Below, in pieces: positions 53,622 through 63,845 of a stretch of DNA of 64,000 nucleotides. Location of the stretch: the NCBI RefSeq assembly GCF_964355755.1, contig NC_092673.1, positions 25,784,269 to 25,848,268 of the forward strand. The letters run 5' to 3'. The notes beneath the pieces were generated by a model, which was given only the letters and a program-made list of their open reading frames with translations, searched no databases and was not told where the DNA came from. The stretch is from Antedon mediterranea. Its lineage: Eukaryota > Animalia > Echinodermata. The translations under genes were made by a program, and so were the position numbers. Every line of letters begins with the position of its first letter. Position 1 is the first letter of the stretch.

Positions 53622-53959
53622 CTATTAACAACAAACAATAAAATACTGTAACTTTCATTGAAAAAAAATGTAAAGAGTTAAGTTTTAACTGAGCTTGAAT
53701 CATTTTTAGGAGAGCTTTCGATTTACAATGACAAACAACTTTGAAACAAGAAAGGTCATGTCAACTCATAGTGTACATGCAGGGAATTTGGGTAGTGCTT
53801 ACTCCCTCTATTTCTTTCCAAAGTTTATTAATATTTATTGTGTAATTTATTATTAAATATTAAGTGGCATTCTCTCAGATAAAATTATTTTCAAGGATAA
53901 ATTTTTAATGGTCAATGCATCTACATGCTTTTATATTGCATCTCTCTGTCTCTCTTTAC

Positions 53960-54065
53960 CCTCTTGTTTAAATGATCTGATTGCATCTAAGCACGTTCTC
54001 ATAAATACTTGAGCGTCTGCATCTATCTGGTCCCGATCAGCTTCCGTCATTGAATTTGAATCGGA
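53960..54065 (-). CDS. STX18: STX18 exon SDSNSMTEADRDQIDADAQVFMRTCLDAIRSFKQE.
   Basis: Acceptor atttaaag|tcc and donor gag g|gtaaag. Aligns to human [30 protein letters not shown]. Confidence 0.8.
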
Positions 54066-54184
54066 CTTTAAATGACTACAAATTAAACAAATTCTATTTA
54101 AAAAGTATTTTTTATTGTATATAATTTCATAACATAAAAATAAAATAATGTTGTGATGATTTTAATGAATTTTTTTAAACAAAC

Positions 54185-54256
54185 TCGCCTTGATGGGTTG
54201 ATATAATCTTTTCTATGTTTTTGAAGAAAATCTTTCAGTTTAGTTATTGCCACCAC
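54185..54256 (-). CDS. STX18: STX18 exon VVAITKLKDFLQKHRKDYINPSRR.
   Basis: Acceptor aaatag|gtggtg and donor cga|gtttgt. Aligns to human ISHIGKLRDFLLEHRKDYINAY. Confidence 0.75.
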
Positions 54257-54902
54257 CTATTTGAAAAAGAAAATTAAAATAATACATACTGTAATTATAC
54301 TAATACAAAAATAAAATTACCTGAAAACAAACAAATATTTGTGAGAGAAGAGCCTCTTTACTTACTTGATGATCAGCTTGTGTGACCCATTGCGTGTCAT
54401 ATACAATACAAGTTGTCTTTTCTGCTGGCTAACGTTTGAGGGACCCAATAAAAAATTGTGTTTGTAAATATTTTGGTTGTAATTATAAATGTGTAAAGAC
54501 AAATTTGAAAAGAATGTTGGTCCAAAAAAGAATAATTAAGGTTGACATATTGACCACCTCAAATGGGAAATTTCAGTAATGTTTTGAAAATAAATATTTT
54601 CAACAAAACGAAGATAACACCGCACAGCCTGTGGTGCGAAATAGCAGTATTACTATTAAAATACTTAAAATATTATATTATTGAATGAAGCAGACCTATT
54701 TATTTATAAATGTATTTACAAATAATCATTGCAAAGCCGATCTCCTATCTATGGCAAACTTCCCTGCGGTAAAACGTCACGGGCCGAAACTTCACGGGGC
54801 GAATCGACCATCTGCCGAATCTTCCACGACCGAATCCTTACGCTGCTGGGCTGTGAGATCACAATACACTACAACGCGGGGGCCTAGCAGCAGTGTACCT
54901 AC

Positions 54903-55049
54903 CATTTCTTTGGATTTGGTGGAGAATTCTGTTTTTGGACGACTGGACTTTAAAATTGAACTTTTTAAATTGTCTTGACCAGTTCCTAGAGCTTTATTTC
55001 TTGTTCGAACAGTTTTAACTGAAGCTTTGAAAAGTGCTGTTATGTCCAT
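54903..55049 (-). CDS. STX18: STX18 exon 1 with the start codon (MDITALFKASVKTVRTRNKALGTGQDNLKSSILKSSRPKTEFSTKSKEM).
   Basis: ORF 54792..55049(-). Donor atg|gtaggt. Aligns to human [24 protein letters not shown]...SPRPKGDFSSRARE. Confidence 0.8.
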
Positions 55050-55340
55050 CTTGCGTTTCGCTGGTTTTGATGATGTGGGAAATCTGGAAATTTAGTCTGC
55101 GCTGCCCAGTTGTGTGACCTTTTGCGTTTAAAACATGGCCATTATGACGGGAATTGTAACGCGATTAAATAACGTTTACCTACGTTTTGTCTAAGATTAA
55201 ACGCGTTTTGTTAAACTGTTAACTCATGAAATCACTGCTTGTCGCTGGAACTCAGAAAAAAGAAAGAAGGAAAAAGGGAAGGAAAGGAGTTGTCAGATTG
55301 ATCAATTTTAGCCTCGTATTAAACGTTTTTATTATTAATT
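55050..55340. promoter_or_regulatory. Putative bidirectional promoter, about 290 bp, shared by the divergent STX18 (-) and VPS51 (+) genes. It is locally CpG-containing and relatively GC-enriched.
   Basis: The STX18 ATG at 55049 (minus) and the VPS51 ATG at 55341 (plus) are head-to-head. CpG dinucleotides (gcgtttcgctgg, aacgcgatt, aacgcgtttt) are concentrated in this interval, unlike the flanking AT-rich DNA. Confidence 0.55.
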
Positions 55341-55353
55341 ATGGCTACTTCAG
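55341..55353 (+). CDS. VPS51: VPS51 exon 1 (MATS + 1 nt).
   Basis: ATG followed by the donor tcag|gtaaac. Joining to exon 2 gives MATSGGDKIDEAGEE.... The exon is short, so the start assignment carries only moderate confidence. Confidence 0.5.
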
Positions 55354-55848
55354 GTAAACTACAATTTAATGATAGTCCGTTTTAATAGTTTATATCGCAT
55401 TTTATTAAAATATAGTTAGCTAAAATTACCAAAATTAGGATTAATAATAGCAAGGCAGGGCTAGGCCTGCCTTCCCTGTTTGTTTTTTGGTTGTGTACTC
55501 GGTTTTTCAATGGGTAAAGGGGAGTGTGCCGCCCTTTTTAGGTGCCTCTTTTTCTTAGGCATAGGTATACATGGGCGGCGGGCTAGGCCTAGGTAGGTGT
55601 TAATAACATTTTACTTTCTAGCCTTTATTTGCATTATGTTTTTTAAAAGGCCTTTCTTATTATTTGTATTTTAGTAGGAAAGAGTGTAATTTCACACTTT
55701 TTTATAAAATAAATAATTCTGTTAGTGTTAATAAAAACATATTAAATTGAGCCTACTGTATCCATAATTTAAAATTGCAATAGAGGTTAGATAGTAATAG
55801 AATAGACCCTTTCTTTTAATTAAATAAATATATTGTTTTGTGATTCAG

Positions 55849-56070
55849 GAGGCGACAAGATAGATGAAGCGGGAGAAGAAATCCGCAGACGACGAAAGCA
55901 TGGGATGTTGAAGCTGTACTATGGAATGGAGGAATCAAATAAGGACAACCAAGATTCAAATCCAATTGATATTAATGGTGCTCAGTTTAATCCACAGGTG
56001 TATCTGTCACGACTGATGAAAGAAAAGCGCTTAAATGAGTTGATAGACAGAGAAAGCGATATGGTTAAAC
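55849..56070 (+). CDS. VPS51: VPS51 exon 2 (GGDKIDEAGEEIRRRRKHGMLKLYYGMEESNKDNQDSNPIDINGAQFNPQVYLSRLMKEKRLNELIDRESDMVK).
   Basis: Acceptor tgattcag|ga and donor aaac|gtatga. Aligns to human RRRKAHGMLKLYYG...DLNGAHFDPEVYLDKL...DSETDMVRQ. Confidence 0.8.
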
Positions 56071-56204
56071 GTATGACATATTTTTTTTATTTGATTGCCA
56101 AATATGCACTTTATCTTTTTCCCCATACAGTATATGGCAATCCTTTTGGCTGGGAGAATTTTTCAGTCAATTTTCTTTCTCCATCTTTCTAAAGATTTGT
56201 AACA

Positions 56205-56330
56205 CCCATGTCCATGGACATGATGATGTCCCCATGGACATGATGATGTCATATCACTATCATATTTGGGCATATCACTATCACATTTTTTTGTCACATA
56301 AAGTTTGATAGTGTAGACAGATTGTAAAAT
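56205..56330. mobile_element. Family-A MITE, 5'-truncated, in VPS51 intron 2.
   Basis: The 3' TIR is ttgtcacataaagtttgatagtgtagacag, and the internal gacatgatgatgtc repeats are present. Confidence 0.7.
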
Positions 56331-57396
56331 TGTATTGATTTTTTTTAAACATTTAATTTAACAGATAAGTACTTTAAACTGGTCACACCATGTCAGTGTG
56401 GAGTTGTGGCTTGGTGGTTATGATGCTTGACTACCAATCCAAGGGTTCAAGTCCTGTCATATGTCAGGACTCCAAAGACTTGTAATAAGTCTTTGTTTAT
56501 GTAGAGCATCTTGTGTATGTTTGTCTTGTGAACAGGATTGCCACCTTTAAGAAGGATAGTGAATGAATTCACTTGTGGTTATCCAAGGGCAATTTGCCAA
56601 AAATGGAAATAAATAAGAAAACAGAATGAACTAGAAAGCCACTCCGAGAGGGCATACCTCCGCCTACTGTAAAATTCTCCTACATAAGATTTCTCCGGTA
56701 AAAAAAAATATATATATATATTTGTGTGTGTCTTATAATGCTCTTTGTGATTTAGGCTAATTTCATTACAAGCATGTGTATGCGAGTTTGGTGTAATGGT
56801 TATGTAACAAGCCTTTCAATTAACAATAGCTTCAGTTGACTAACAATAGAACAGCAACGCGAAAATCAAACGAGTGAATTTGAAAAGAAATAGGTTTTTT
56901 AAACTACTCGCATCAAAAAACGTGCACATTAAATCAAATTATGTTTTAAAATTACAAATCAAAAATTATAACTCTTGCCTCTTGTTCAAACATGAAGTTT
57001 TTTGGACAAGTAGTTCTCGAGAAAATGCAATTTCAGTTTACTTGTTACTTTAAGACTGCTCGCCGGCTTTTGAAAAATTCTGTCCTATCTTTTAACACTA
57101 GCAGGTCTAAAAAAGTATACTAAAAAGTGGTCCAGAATTGGGACTGTGGTTCCAAATGGTCCCAAAATTTAATGGAATGGTCCTTGACCACATATCTATC
57201 TGTCTATTCATTTTGGTAAAGATCTTGTAATTACTTTTTGAGTAATCCTGCTAACAAACAAACAAACAAACACACGCTACCGATTACATATACCTCCTTG
57301 GCGGAGGTAAACAATTACAATTACAGCCAATGACCAGATAATAAGAATGCGACCACCACTTTACAATATTTTTTTTAATATGATTTTATTTTTCAG

Positions 57397-57482
57397 AAAT
57401 TTGTTCTCTAGATAGTGACATGCAAACCCTTGTTTATGAAAATTATAATAAATTTATTAGTGCTACGGATACTATTAGAAAA
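57397..57482 (+). CDS. VPS51: VPS51 exon 3 ([29 protein letters not shown]).
   Basis: Acceptor tttcag|aa and donor aaa|gtaagt. Near-identical to human [28 protein letters not shown]. Confidence 0.9.
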
Positions 57483-58215
57483 GTAAGTGACAAAATAAAT
57501 TATATATTTTGAAATGTAATTTCACTATAAATATCCTAATGATCATGTCCATTTGTATAGCGGAATCATTGTTACACTTTTCAACTACATGCAGCTTCTT
57601 CCCTGGATGTCAGTGCTGCCAATTGCTCTCATGTCTGTGAGTGAATTAGTGCACAACTCCTACCCATCTTGAAAGATTTACTAGGTTCTTTGAAGTGCAC
57701 ACAATTAAAAAAAGTGCCTATGGTTTTTACTCCTGTTTGGATGGATAAGACTATTTACCACCAGAAAAAATCTCGGATAGACTAACTAATTTTTCACTAA
57801 CCCATAGGTCCAGTGTACACATCTGACTCATGTGCACTTTAAAGAACCTAGTACATCTTTGGAGACAATTAGGGTAACCCCGGTGTACTAGTATACACAC
57901 AGCCACTGTCACCCACAGACAATTGTCATAACTCATTAAGAGGGCTCCTTGATTGTCTGCATACGTTGTTAAGGGACCCCCCTATAAATAAGGTGAAATA
58001 AAAATAAACAAAATAAAATCTATTTCTTCAACATTCAATTATTTCGGTATTATTCATTATTACATAATACTTGTACAAGACTGAACTAAAAGTTTAAAGT
58101 ACAAAACATTGCCTGATATATAATTTTTACCTGAATCTTCCAAACATCTCACTTTGGAGTCATGGTTTTCCTTGGCAATTTTTCTAAATAATATCAACAC
58201 AATACAATATTACAG

Positions 58216-58371
58216 ATGAAGAATGATTTCAAGAAAATGGAGGATGAGATGGATAGGTTAGCTACAAACATGGACGCCATTACAGAATTCAGTGCAGGAA
58301 TAAGCAACACATTGCAGGAAAGAAGGCAGCAAATATCAACTCTTAGTGGTGTCCATTCACTACTTAAAAAG
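58216..58371 (+). CDS. VPS51: VPS51 exon 4 ([52 protein letters not shown]).
   Basis: ORF 58216..58404. Acceptor tacag|atg and donor aag|gtgttt. Aligns to human [52 protein letters not shown]. Confidence 0.9.
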
Positions 58372-58453
58372 GTGTTTTTTTATTCTATTTTTTTAAATTT
58401 TTAAATATACATCTACCGTTTCTTGTTTCCACAATTCTAGTACAGTATTATGT

Positions 58454-58617
58454 AAAGCTCTGTCTACACTATCAAACTTTATGTGACAAAAAAGTGTGAT
58501 GTGCCCACATATGGTAGTGATATGCCCAACAATGGTAATGATATGACATCATCATGTCCATATATGGGCACATCACATAATTTTGTCACATAAAGTTTGA
58601 TAGTGTAGACAGAGCTT
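58454..58617. mobile_element. Family-A MITE in VPS51 intron 4. This is a clean copy with a TA target-site duplication.
   Basis: atgTA|AAGCTCTGTCTACAC ... GTGTAGACAGAGCTT|TAcatg. Confidence 0.85.
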
Positions 58618-58930
58618 TACATGTGTTTATTGAAATGGTCTCTGATAACCTTGTTTCTTTTAAAATCAAGATCATGCATTCCATTGTTCAAAATAATGCA
58701 TAACTAATTTGTCTGTCATGCTGATGTATTTGTTTTGTTTCTACTGTATATTATATATTTTATTGTATGTTTTAGTTAGTGGCAGTTTTTATCGCAGTTG
58801 TTTTCAATTGGCTATTGGTTTGTGCTTCAATTTTGTATTGTAATGTTGAAATGAAGACTAGGGGAAAAAAAATGATAAACAAATATACTGTAGCATGTGG
58901 ATGTTTAACAATAGTTGTTTTTATTTACAG

Positions 58931-59004
58931 TTACAATTTCTATTTGAGCTTCCTGCAAGGTTAAAGAAGTGTATTGAAATGAAAGCTTATGGACAAGCTG
59001 TCAG
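58931..59004 (+). CDS. VPS51: VPS51 exon 5 ([24 protein letters not shown]).
   Basis: Acceptor tttacag|tta and donor cag|gtatat. Aligns to human [25 protein letters not shown]. Confidence 0.85.
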
Positions 59005-59117
59005 GTATATAATAGTTAATTAACACTCTCTGTCATAATTGGGACAAGGGCCACAATTCTTATAGGGTCTGGTAGAGTCATTAGCCCAGACATAGTATGA
59101 TCAATGATAAAAGTCTT

Positions 59118-59180
59118 AAGCTCTGTCTACACTTTCAAACTTTATGTGACAAAAAATGCCCATATATGGACAGAGCTTTA
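59118..59180. mobile_element. Internally deleted family-A MITE (about 62 bp) in VPS51 intron 5.
   Basis: aagctctgtctacactttcaaactttatgtgacaaaaaatgcccatatatggacagagcttta. Confidence 0.65.
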
Positions 59181-59405
59181 TGTTAAAATTCTGATTCTAA
59201 GATGTAATGTTTTCGGCTACGATATGATAAATCAGTGAACTGGTGCGCTACTCTTTCCACGATAAAGATGCACTGTCTTTTAAATGCACTTGTGTACACT
59301 GAGTCTTGAGGTATACTGTATGTCCTAGAAGACTACCGCCAGAACTAGGACCCAGAGAGTCTTGTACTATTTAAGGATCAAGAATTTGTGTTTATTCTTT
59401 CACAG

Positions 59406-59538
59406 GTATTATGCTAAGACCAGAACCGTTCTGAACCAGTATCAACATATGCCATCCTTTCATGGTATACAACAAGATTGTAGTGACATTGTTACTGAAT
59501 TAAGATCAAAGCTAAGGGAACAATTTAGAGACAAAGAG
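59406..59538 (+). CDS. VPS51: VPS51 exon 6 (RYYAKTRTVLNQYQHMPSFHGIQQDCSDIVTELRSKLREQFRDKE).
   Basis: Acceptor tcacag|g and donor gag|gtgagg. Aligns to human [42 protein letters not shown]. Confidence 0.85.
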
Positions 59539-59639
59539 GTGAGGGAAGCTGCGCATAATAATGTATGCAGTATAATTATGATTATCATGTCCTTTTTAGC
59601 AAAACAATTAGTTACTTGCATTTTATTTTGTTATGATAG

Positions 59640-59728
59640 TCCACACCAAAACAGCTTGCAGAGTGCGTGGATCTTCTGTTGCAACTCAAGGAACCAGCTG
59701 ATGAACTCTGTGACGAGTTCCTGGCACG
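59640..59728 (+). CDS. VPS51: VPS51 exon 7 (STPKQLAECVDLLLQLKEPADELCDEFLAR).
   Basis: Acceptor gatag|tcc and donor cacg|gtgagt. Aligns to human [28 protein letters not shown]. Confidence 0.85.
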
Positions 59729-59746
59729 GTGAGTATAGTCCTGAAG

Positions 59747-59907
59747 CCTTGTCTACACTATCAAACTTTATGTGACAAAAAAAATATGATGTGCCCATAT
59801 ATGGACATGATGATGTCATATCACTACCATATTTAGGAATATCACTACTATATTTGGGCACATCACACTTTTTTTGTCGAACTAGTTTGATAGTGTAGAC
59901 CGAGCTT
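59747..59907. mobile_element. Family-A MITE beginning 18 bp downstream of the VPS51 exon-7 splice donor.
   Basis: ...cacg|gtgagtatagtcctgaAGCCTTGTCTACACTATCAAAC ... GTGTAGACCGAGCTTaca. Confidence 0.8.
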
Positions 59908-60273
59908 ACATATTCTTGTGTTGCAGTAAAATTATACACAAACACAAAGTAAATCCAGTAGAAATTGGTTTAAGGTAAAAATTTGATTTATTTTTTTATC
60001 CTGGGTGACCTCTTTAGTACTATACTCCTCTTCCAGTGGGCCAATAATCAGAACACCAGGAGATTATCCCCTTCTCTTTTTAATTGTTTTCTTTGTTATG
60101 AAAATCAGCTTTATGTCCTATCTGAAGGATAGGGGTTCAAATCCCTTATGAGTCTTTTTTCTCACACTGCAGTTTCATGAGATTCATGAATATCATTGAG
60201 CACATACAGACACCGCTGATAATGTGCTACGAAAGTCTGAAAGATAATGGTAAATTTTATTTATTCCGTGTAG

Positions 60274-60430
60274 TGCCCAGGAGAAACTTGATGAAGATTT
60301 GTCTGAGATGTCAGATCAGGTAGACCCTGCGAAAGCCATTGAAGTGTCTACCCCTATAAAGGAAATGGTAGAGTCCACAGACAAGAAAGAGGAAAGGCCT
60401 TCAGAGAAGTATATGAGAAATATGCCAATG
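60274..60430 (+). CDS. VPS51: VPS51 exon 8 (AQEKLDEDLSEMSDQVDPAKAIEVSTPIKEMVESTDKKEERPSEKYMRNMPM). The region is poorly conserved and acidic.
   Basis: Acceptor ccgtgtag|t and donor atg|gttcgt. The frame continues the R codon from exon 7. It is the only open frame between stop codons that connects to exon 9. Confidence 0.6.
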
Positions 60431-60528
60431 GTTCGTATTAATTGTTGTATATGAATTGCAATAGAAATAGAAATTATTAATTGTAAAATGCATTATTTTC
60501 TTTGTTATTTTTCTTTTTTTTTATGTAG

Positions 60529-60635
60529 GATATTTTGGAATTTATTCACAAAGGTTGCACCAATTTCCTTGGTAATATTTGTCTTGTGATTGCATCTTAC
60601 AAAGAACTGTTTGTCAACAGACAAACACATTCAGA
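60529..60635 (+). CDS. VPS51: VPS51 exon 9 (DILEFIHKGCTNFLGNICLVIASYKELFVNRQTHS).
   Basis: Acceptor ttatgtag|gat and donor ga|gtaagt. Aligns to human [28 protein letters not shown]. Confidence 0.8.
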
Positions 60636-61229
60636 GTAAGTTCTTTATTAATCATGTTTTTGTCAGTCAAGCCTAACTTTTTTCATGCATTCGCAGCCAC
60701 AAATCACTATGCCAGCGATCAACAAAAACAAACAAACCCAAAATTGTATACTAAACTATCGTAAGTAAAATGTACACATTTTTACCAAGAAATTATTCAG
60801 AAATCATGGCCATCTTCGACTAGACTGTCATGGTAGGAATTTAAGAAATAAAAAAAAAATTAACCAACTAGTCAATATACCATTTTTCATTAAATTCTCA
60901 AAATTTACTCCATTTTTACCTTCCCTGCTGACTTGCGACGGCTCTTGTGTGTGTTTTTATCTTTTATTAGATTTAAATATTTTTAATTCTGCCTTAATTC
61001 TTACACATTTTTATGGAACATTTTTGACATGTTATTGTTTGTTATGTTATAAATTTGGCCATTTGGCTATGAGATGTAAAGTTAGTCAATATTTTTGTAT
61101 TTTTTGGAAATAGAGAGAATGTATATATATATCTGCTCCCCATAAAATCTAATCTATATATCCTAGTTTACTCCCTAGCCTTCATCTTGTTATCTCCGGT
61201 TTCTATTAAATATCAACATTTCTTATTAG

Positions 61230-61341
61230 TCCCCAGGAGCAGGACCAACTAAAGGAGGTTGCCCACGCAAAGTTAGCAGAGTTTGTCAAGTCAAGGATGG
61301 AGCAATATTTCTCATGTGTGGAACAAAGAATTCAAGCTGAG
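61230..61341 (+). CDS. VPS51: VPS51 exon 10 (DPQEQDQLKEVAHAKLAEFVKSRMEQYFSCVEQRIQAE).
   Basis: Acceptor cttattag|t and donor gag|gtattg. Aligns to human [25 protein letters not shown]. Confidence 0.75.
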
Positions 61342-61929
61342 GTATTGTTTACAACCAGACATAAATAAATTATTAATTAGTAAATAATAATAATATTCTG
61401 GATTTATAAAGCACCTAATGTTGTGAAACCTCTAAGTGCTGTACATTATTATTACCATGGTAATTTTTGGATCAAACACGTATGGAAACATACTTCCATA
61501 ATGCAGCTAGTAATCAGCGCAAAGTTTAAAGATACATGTATATTTGTAAGTCATTAACTGTCCAAAGTGACATTTTGGTTCGCACATATTTGGGAGGTTT
61601 GCAACCTTATGAATACGAAAACATACATTCATCTTTTATTTTCATAGAAATAGTCGTATTCAAAGCAAATATACTTTTTTGGTCTATTTTTTTGCATTGA
61701 ATTAAGATTGTATATAATTATAGTATAAACAGAGACAATTTATGAAAATGAATTTACTCAAAATATTTGACAAAATTAGGATAAATAGCAGTTTTTGCGC
61801 TAGGCCTGGGCAGCCCAGTCACCTGCTGTTGGCTCAAAATCTTCTATATTCTTTTCTAAATATGAAACAGTTTTTTACATTTTATAAGTCTTAATTTAAA
61901 TTCATTTTCTTACCTTTTTCAACATTTAG

Positions 61930-62250
61930 AAGGAATCTGTAGAGAACTCAATGCTTGTTAGAGCTCTGGACAGATTCCATCGCCGCCTCCAAGCTGTCGA
62001 TGATCTACTTCCAAAACTCAATATCATCGCTCGAGGAACAGAAATTGTTGCCAATGCTGCCCGAGAGAGGTCGCTGTTTTATTTAGAAGGATTGAAAAAT
62101 CACTTTATCGAATGCACTACGGATGTGCGACAGAAGTTGTGTACGCCACATCTCATTGGAAAACAAGAAACATCAAATCTGATGGATATGCTGTCAATGA
62201 TGTCATCATCAATTGTGGAACAAATGAAAATTGTTCTTGCTAATCTGCAG
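61930..62250 (+). CDS. VPS51: VPS51 exon 11 (KESVENSMLVRALDRFHRRLQAVDDLLPKLNIIARGTEIVANAARERSLFYLEGLKNHFIECTTDVRQKL...ANLQ).
   Basis: ORF 61951..62295. Acceptor catttag|aag and donor cag|gtaagg. Aligns to human SLLVRALDRFHRRL...[35 protein letters not shown]. Confidence 0.9.
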
Positions 62251-62267
62251 GTAAGGCTGCTGTCAGT

Positions 62268-62378
62268 TAGCTCTGTCTACACTACTACAAACTAGTTTGA
62301 CAAAAAAAAGTGTAATGTGCCCACATCATGGTAGTGATATGACATCATCATGTCCATATATGTTTGATAGTGTAGACT
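62268..62378. mobile_element. Family-A MITE beginning 17 bp downstream of the VPS51 exon-11 splice donor.
   Basis: ...cag|gtaaggctgctgtcagttAGCTCTGTCTACACTAC ... TTTGATAGTGTAGACtg. Confidence 0.75.
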
Positions 62379-62497
62379 GTTTCTGTGACTGTATACACCA
62401 TTGGCACTTTGGGAAACAACTGTAACATTTTCCTATCCCTATAAAAGAGAGATTATCCCTCCTTCATCTCTTCTGTCATTGTCATCTTAAGATCTGT

Positions 62498-62590
62498 CTA
62501 CACTATCAAACTTTATGTGATGTGCCCATATATGGACATGATGATGTCATACCACTACCATATTTGGGCATATCACCACCATATGTGTAT
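62498..62590. mobile_element. Partial family-A MITE in VPS51 intron 11.
   Basis: agatctgtctacactatcaaactttatgtgatgtgcccatatatggacatgatgatgtcat... Confidence 0.6.
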
Positions 62591-62725
62591 CTTCTTTTCT
62601 CCAATATCTCGTCACAAAATTGAACTTTTCTTTGCTCGGACACTAATTGTTTTCAATCCTTACTCTGTTCTAGATTCTGTAATTCTTTTTTTTTAAAATA
62701 AATGACATGCACATTTGTGTTATAG

Positions 62726-62848
62726 GGTTTTACCTCTGCTGACCTGACGTTTGCCAACACAGCTTATTTCCAAGGCACTTTCTGTGTTCATGATGTGCGT
62801 GAAGTGGTGGTAGTAGGATTCCTTGAGTATCTGTTTAAAGCATCATGT
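62726..62848 (+). CDS. VPS51: VPS51 exon 12 (GFTSADLTFANTAYFQGTFCVHDVREVVVVGFLEYLFKASC).
   Basis: Acceptor gttatag|ggt and donor tgt|gtaagt. Aligns to human [36 protein letters not shown]. Confidence 0.8.
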
Positions 62849-63482
62849 GTAAGTTAACAATATCAGAGATGTCTATTTTCCAATAACTATATATTTATTA
62901 TTATTTTATTAACAATTTTTGAATATGACATTATTTATTAACTTGAATAAAATTGGAATAAAATAACAAAATTATTTGTTCTTTTTTTTTCTGCCTGAAC
63001 TTTATTAAAACTATAAAATTACCTATTCAGTTTAAATTTATTAATCTGTATTTTTCATGTTTTGAGGGACAATGTTATATATATCAACATTAAGACATCA
63101 TCATCAATTTTGTTGTGTTTTTTTGTAAAGGTAAATGTATATTGTTCCTTAGTTAAAATTGTGACTGATTAATTTTGGATTAAATCCTATACTGCAGACC
63201 CATGTACAGTATGATGATCAGCTCATACAGTAGTAGTAGTACTATTCTCTGCTGTTTTCATATTCTGTATCCTGCATTATATGTGCATTTACATAATAAC
63301 ATTCCATCCTGAAGGACTCAAACAAAAGCACAAGTCTCGAACATGTGACTTAATTCCTTACCATTGTGCAACCTTTAAGAAGGATAGTGAATGATTTCGC
63401 TTATGGTTATCCTTGGCAATTTGCCTAAATATTTCATTTTATACTCTTTTTACTAATCTTAACATACTTTTTGTTTTTTTAG

Positions 63483-63587
63483 GATCTCTGTGAGCGTAGT
63501 GGTGAGAAAGGATCAGCCCCTGCAGCTATTATTCTACTGCTCTCTAGACTTCACATGGACTTTAGTAACTCAACAATAAACCAAATT
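63483..63587 (+). CDS. VPS51: VPS51 exon 13 (DLCERSGEKGSAPAAIILLLSRLHMDFSNSTINQI).
   Basis: Acceptor ttttttag|gat and donor att|gtaagt. Aligns to human [33 protein letters not shown]. Confidence 0.8.
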
Positions 63588-63704
63588 GTAAGTCTTTAAT
63601 AGCTATTTAATCGTCTTTATTCACCTAGAGAAAAATTTGAGAATTCAGAATTTATATAACGATGATTTTAAATAGTAAACATTAATTTCTATTGTTATTT
63701 CAAG

Positions 63705-63845
63705 GTTACAACAGCTGATAAGCAGTTTTCACTTGACCCACGTTGTAAGGTGACCCCTGCTGCCGACCTTTCAACCAAAGCTAAGAAGACGGCTCAGAAG
63801 CTTCTCAACCAATATGTACAAATACAGGGCTTACAAATCTCTCAG
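63705..63845 (+). CDS. VPS51: VPS51 exon 14 (VTTADKQFSLDPRCKVTPAADLSTKAKKTAQKLLNQYVQIQGLQISQ). The gene continues beyond the window end.
   Basis: Acceptor tttcaag|gtt and donor cag|gtaaat. Aligns to human [45 protein letters not shown]. Confidence 0.8.

Noticed and set aside
59631-59945. ORFs encoding ...KKCDVPKYGSDMTSSCPYMGTSH.... The same motif recurs in ORFs 6674..6898, 10473..10724, 17053..17235, 18789..19120 and 24685..24951.
   Set aside because: These lie entirely inside copies of the palindromic family-A MITE. The peptide motif is merely the translation of the conserved MITE core in either orientation.
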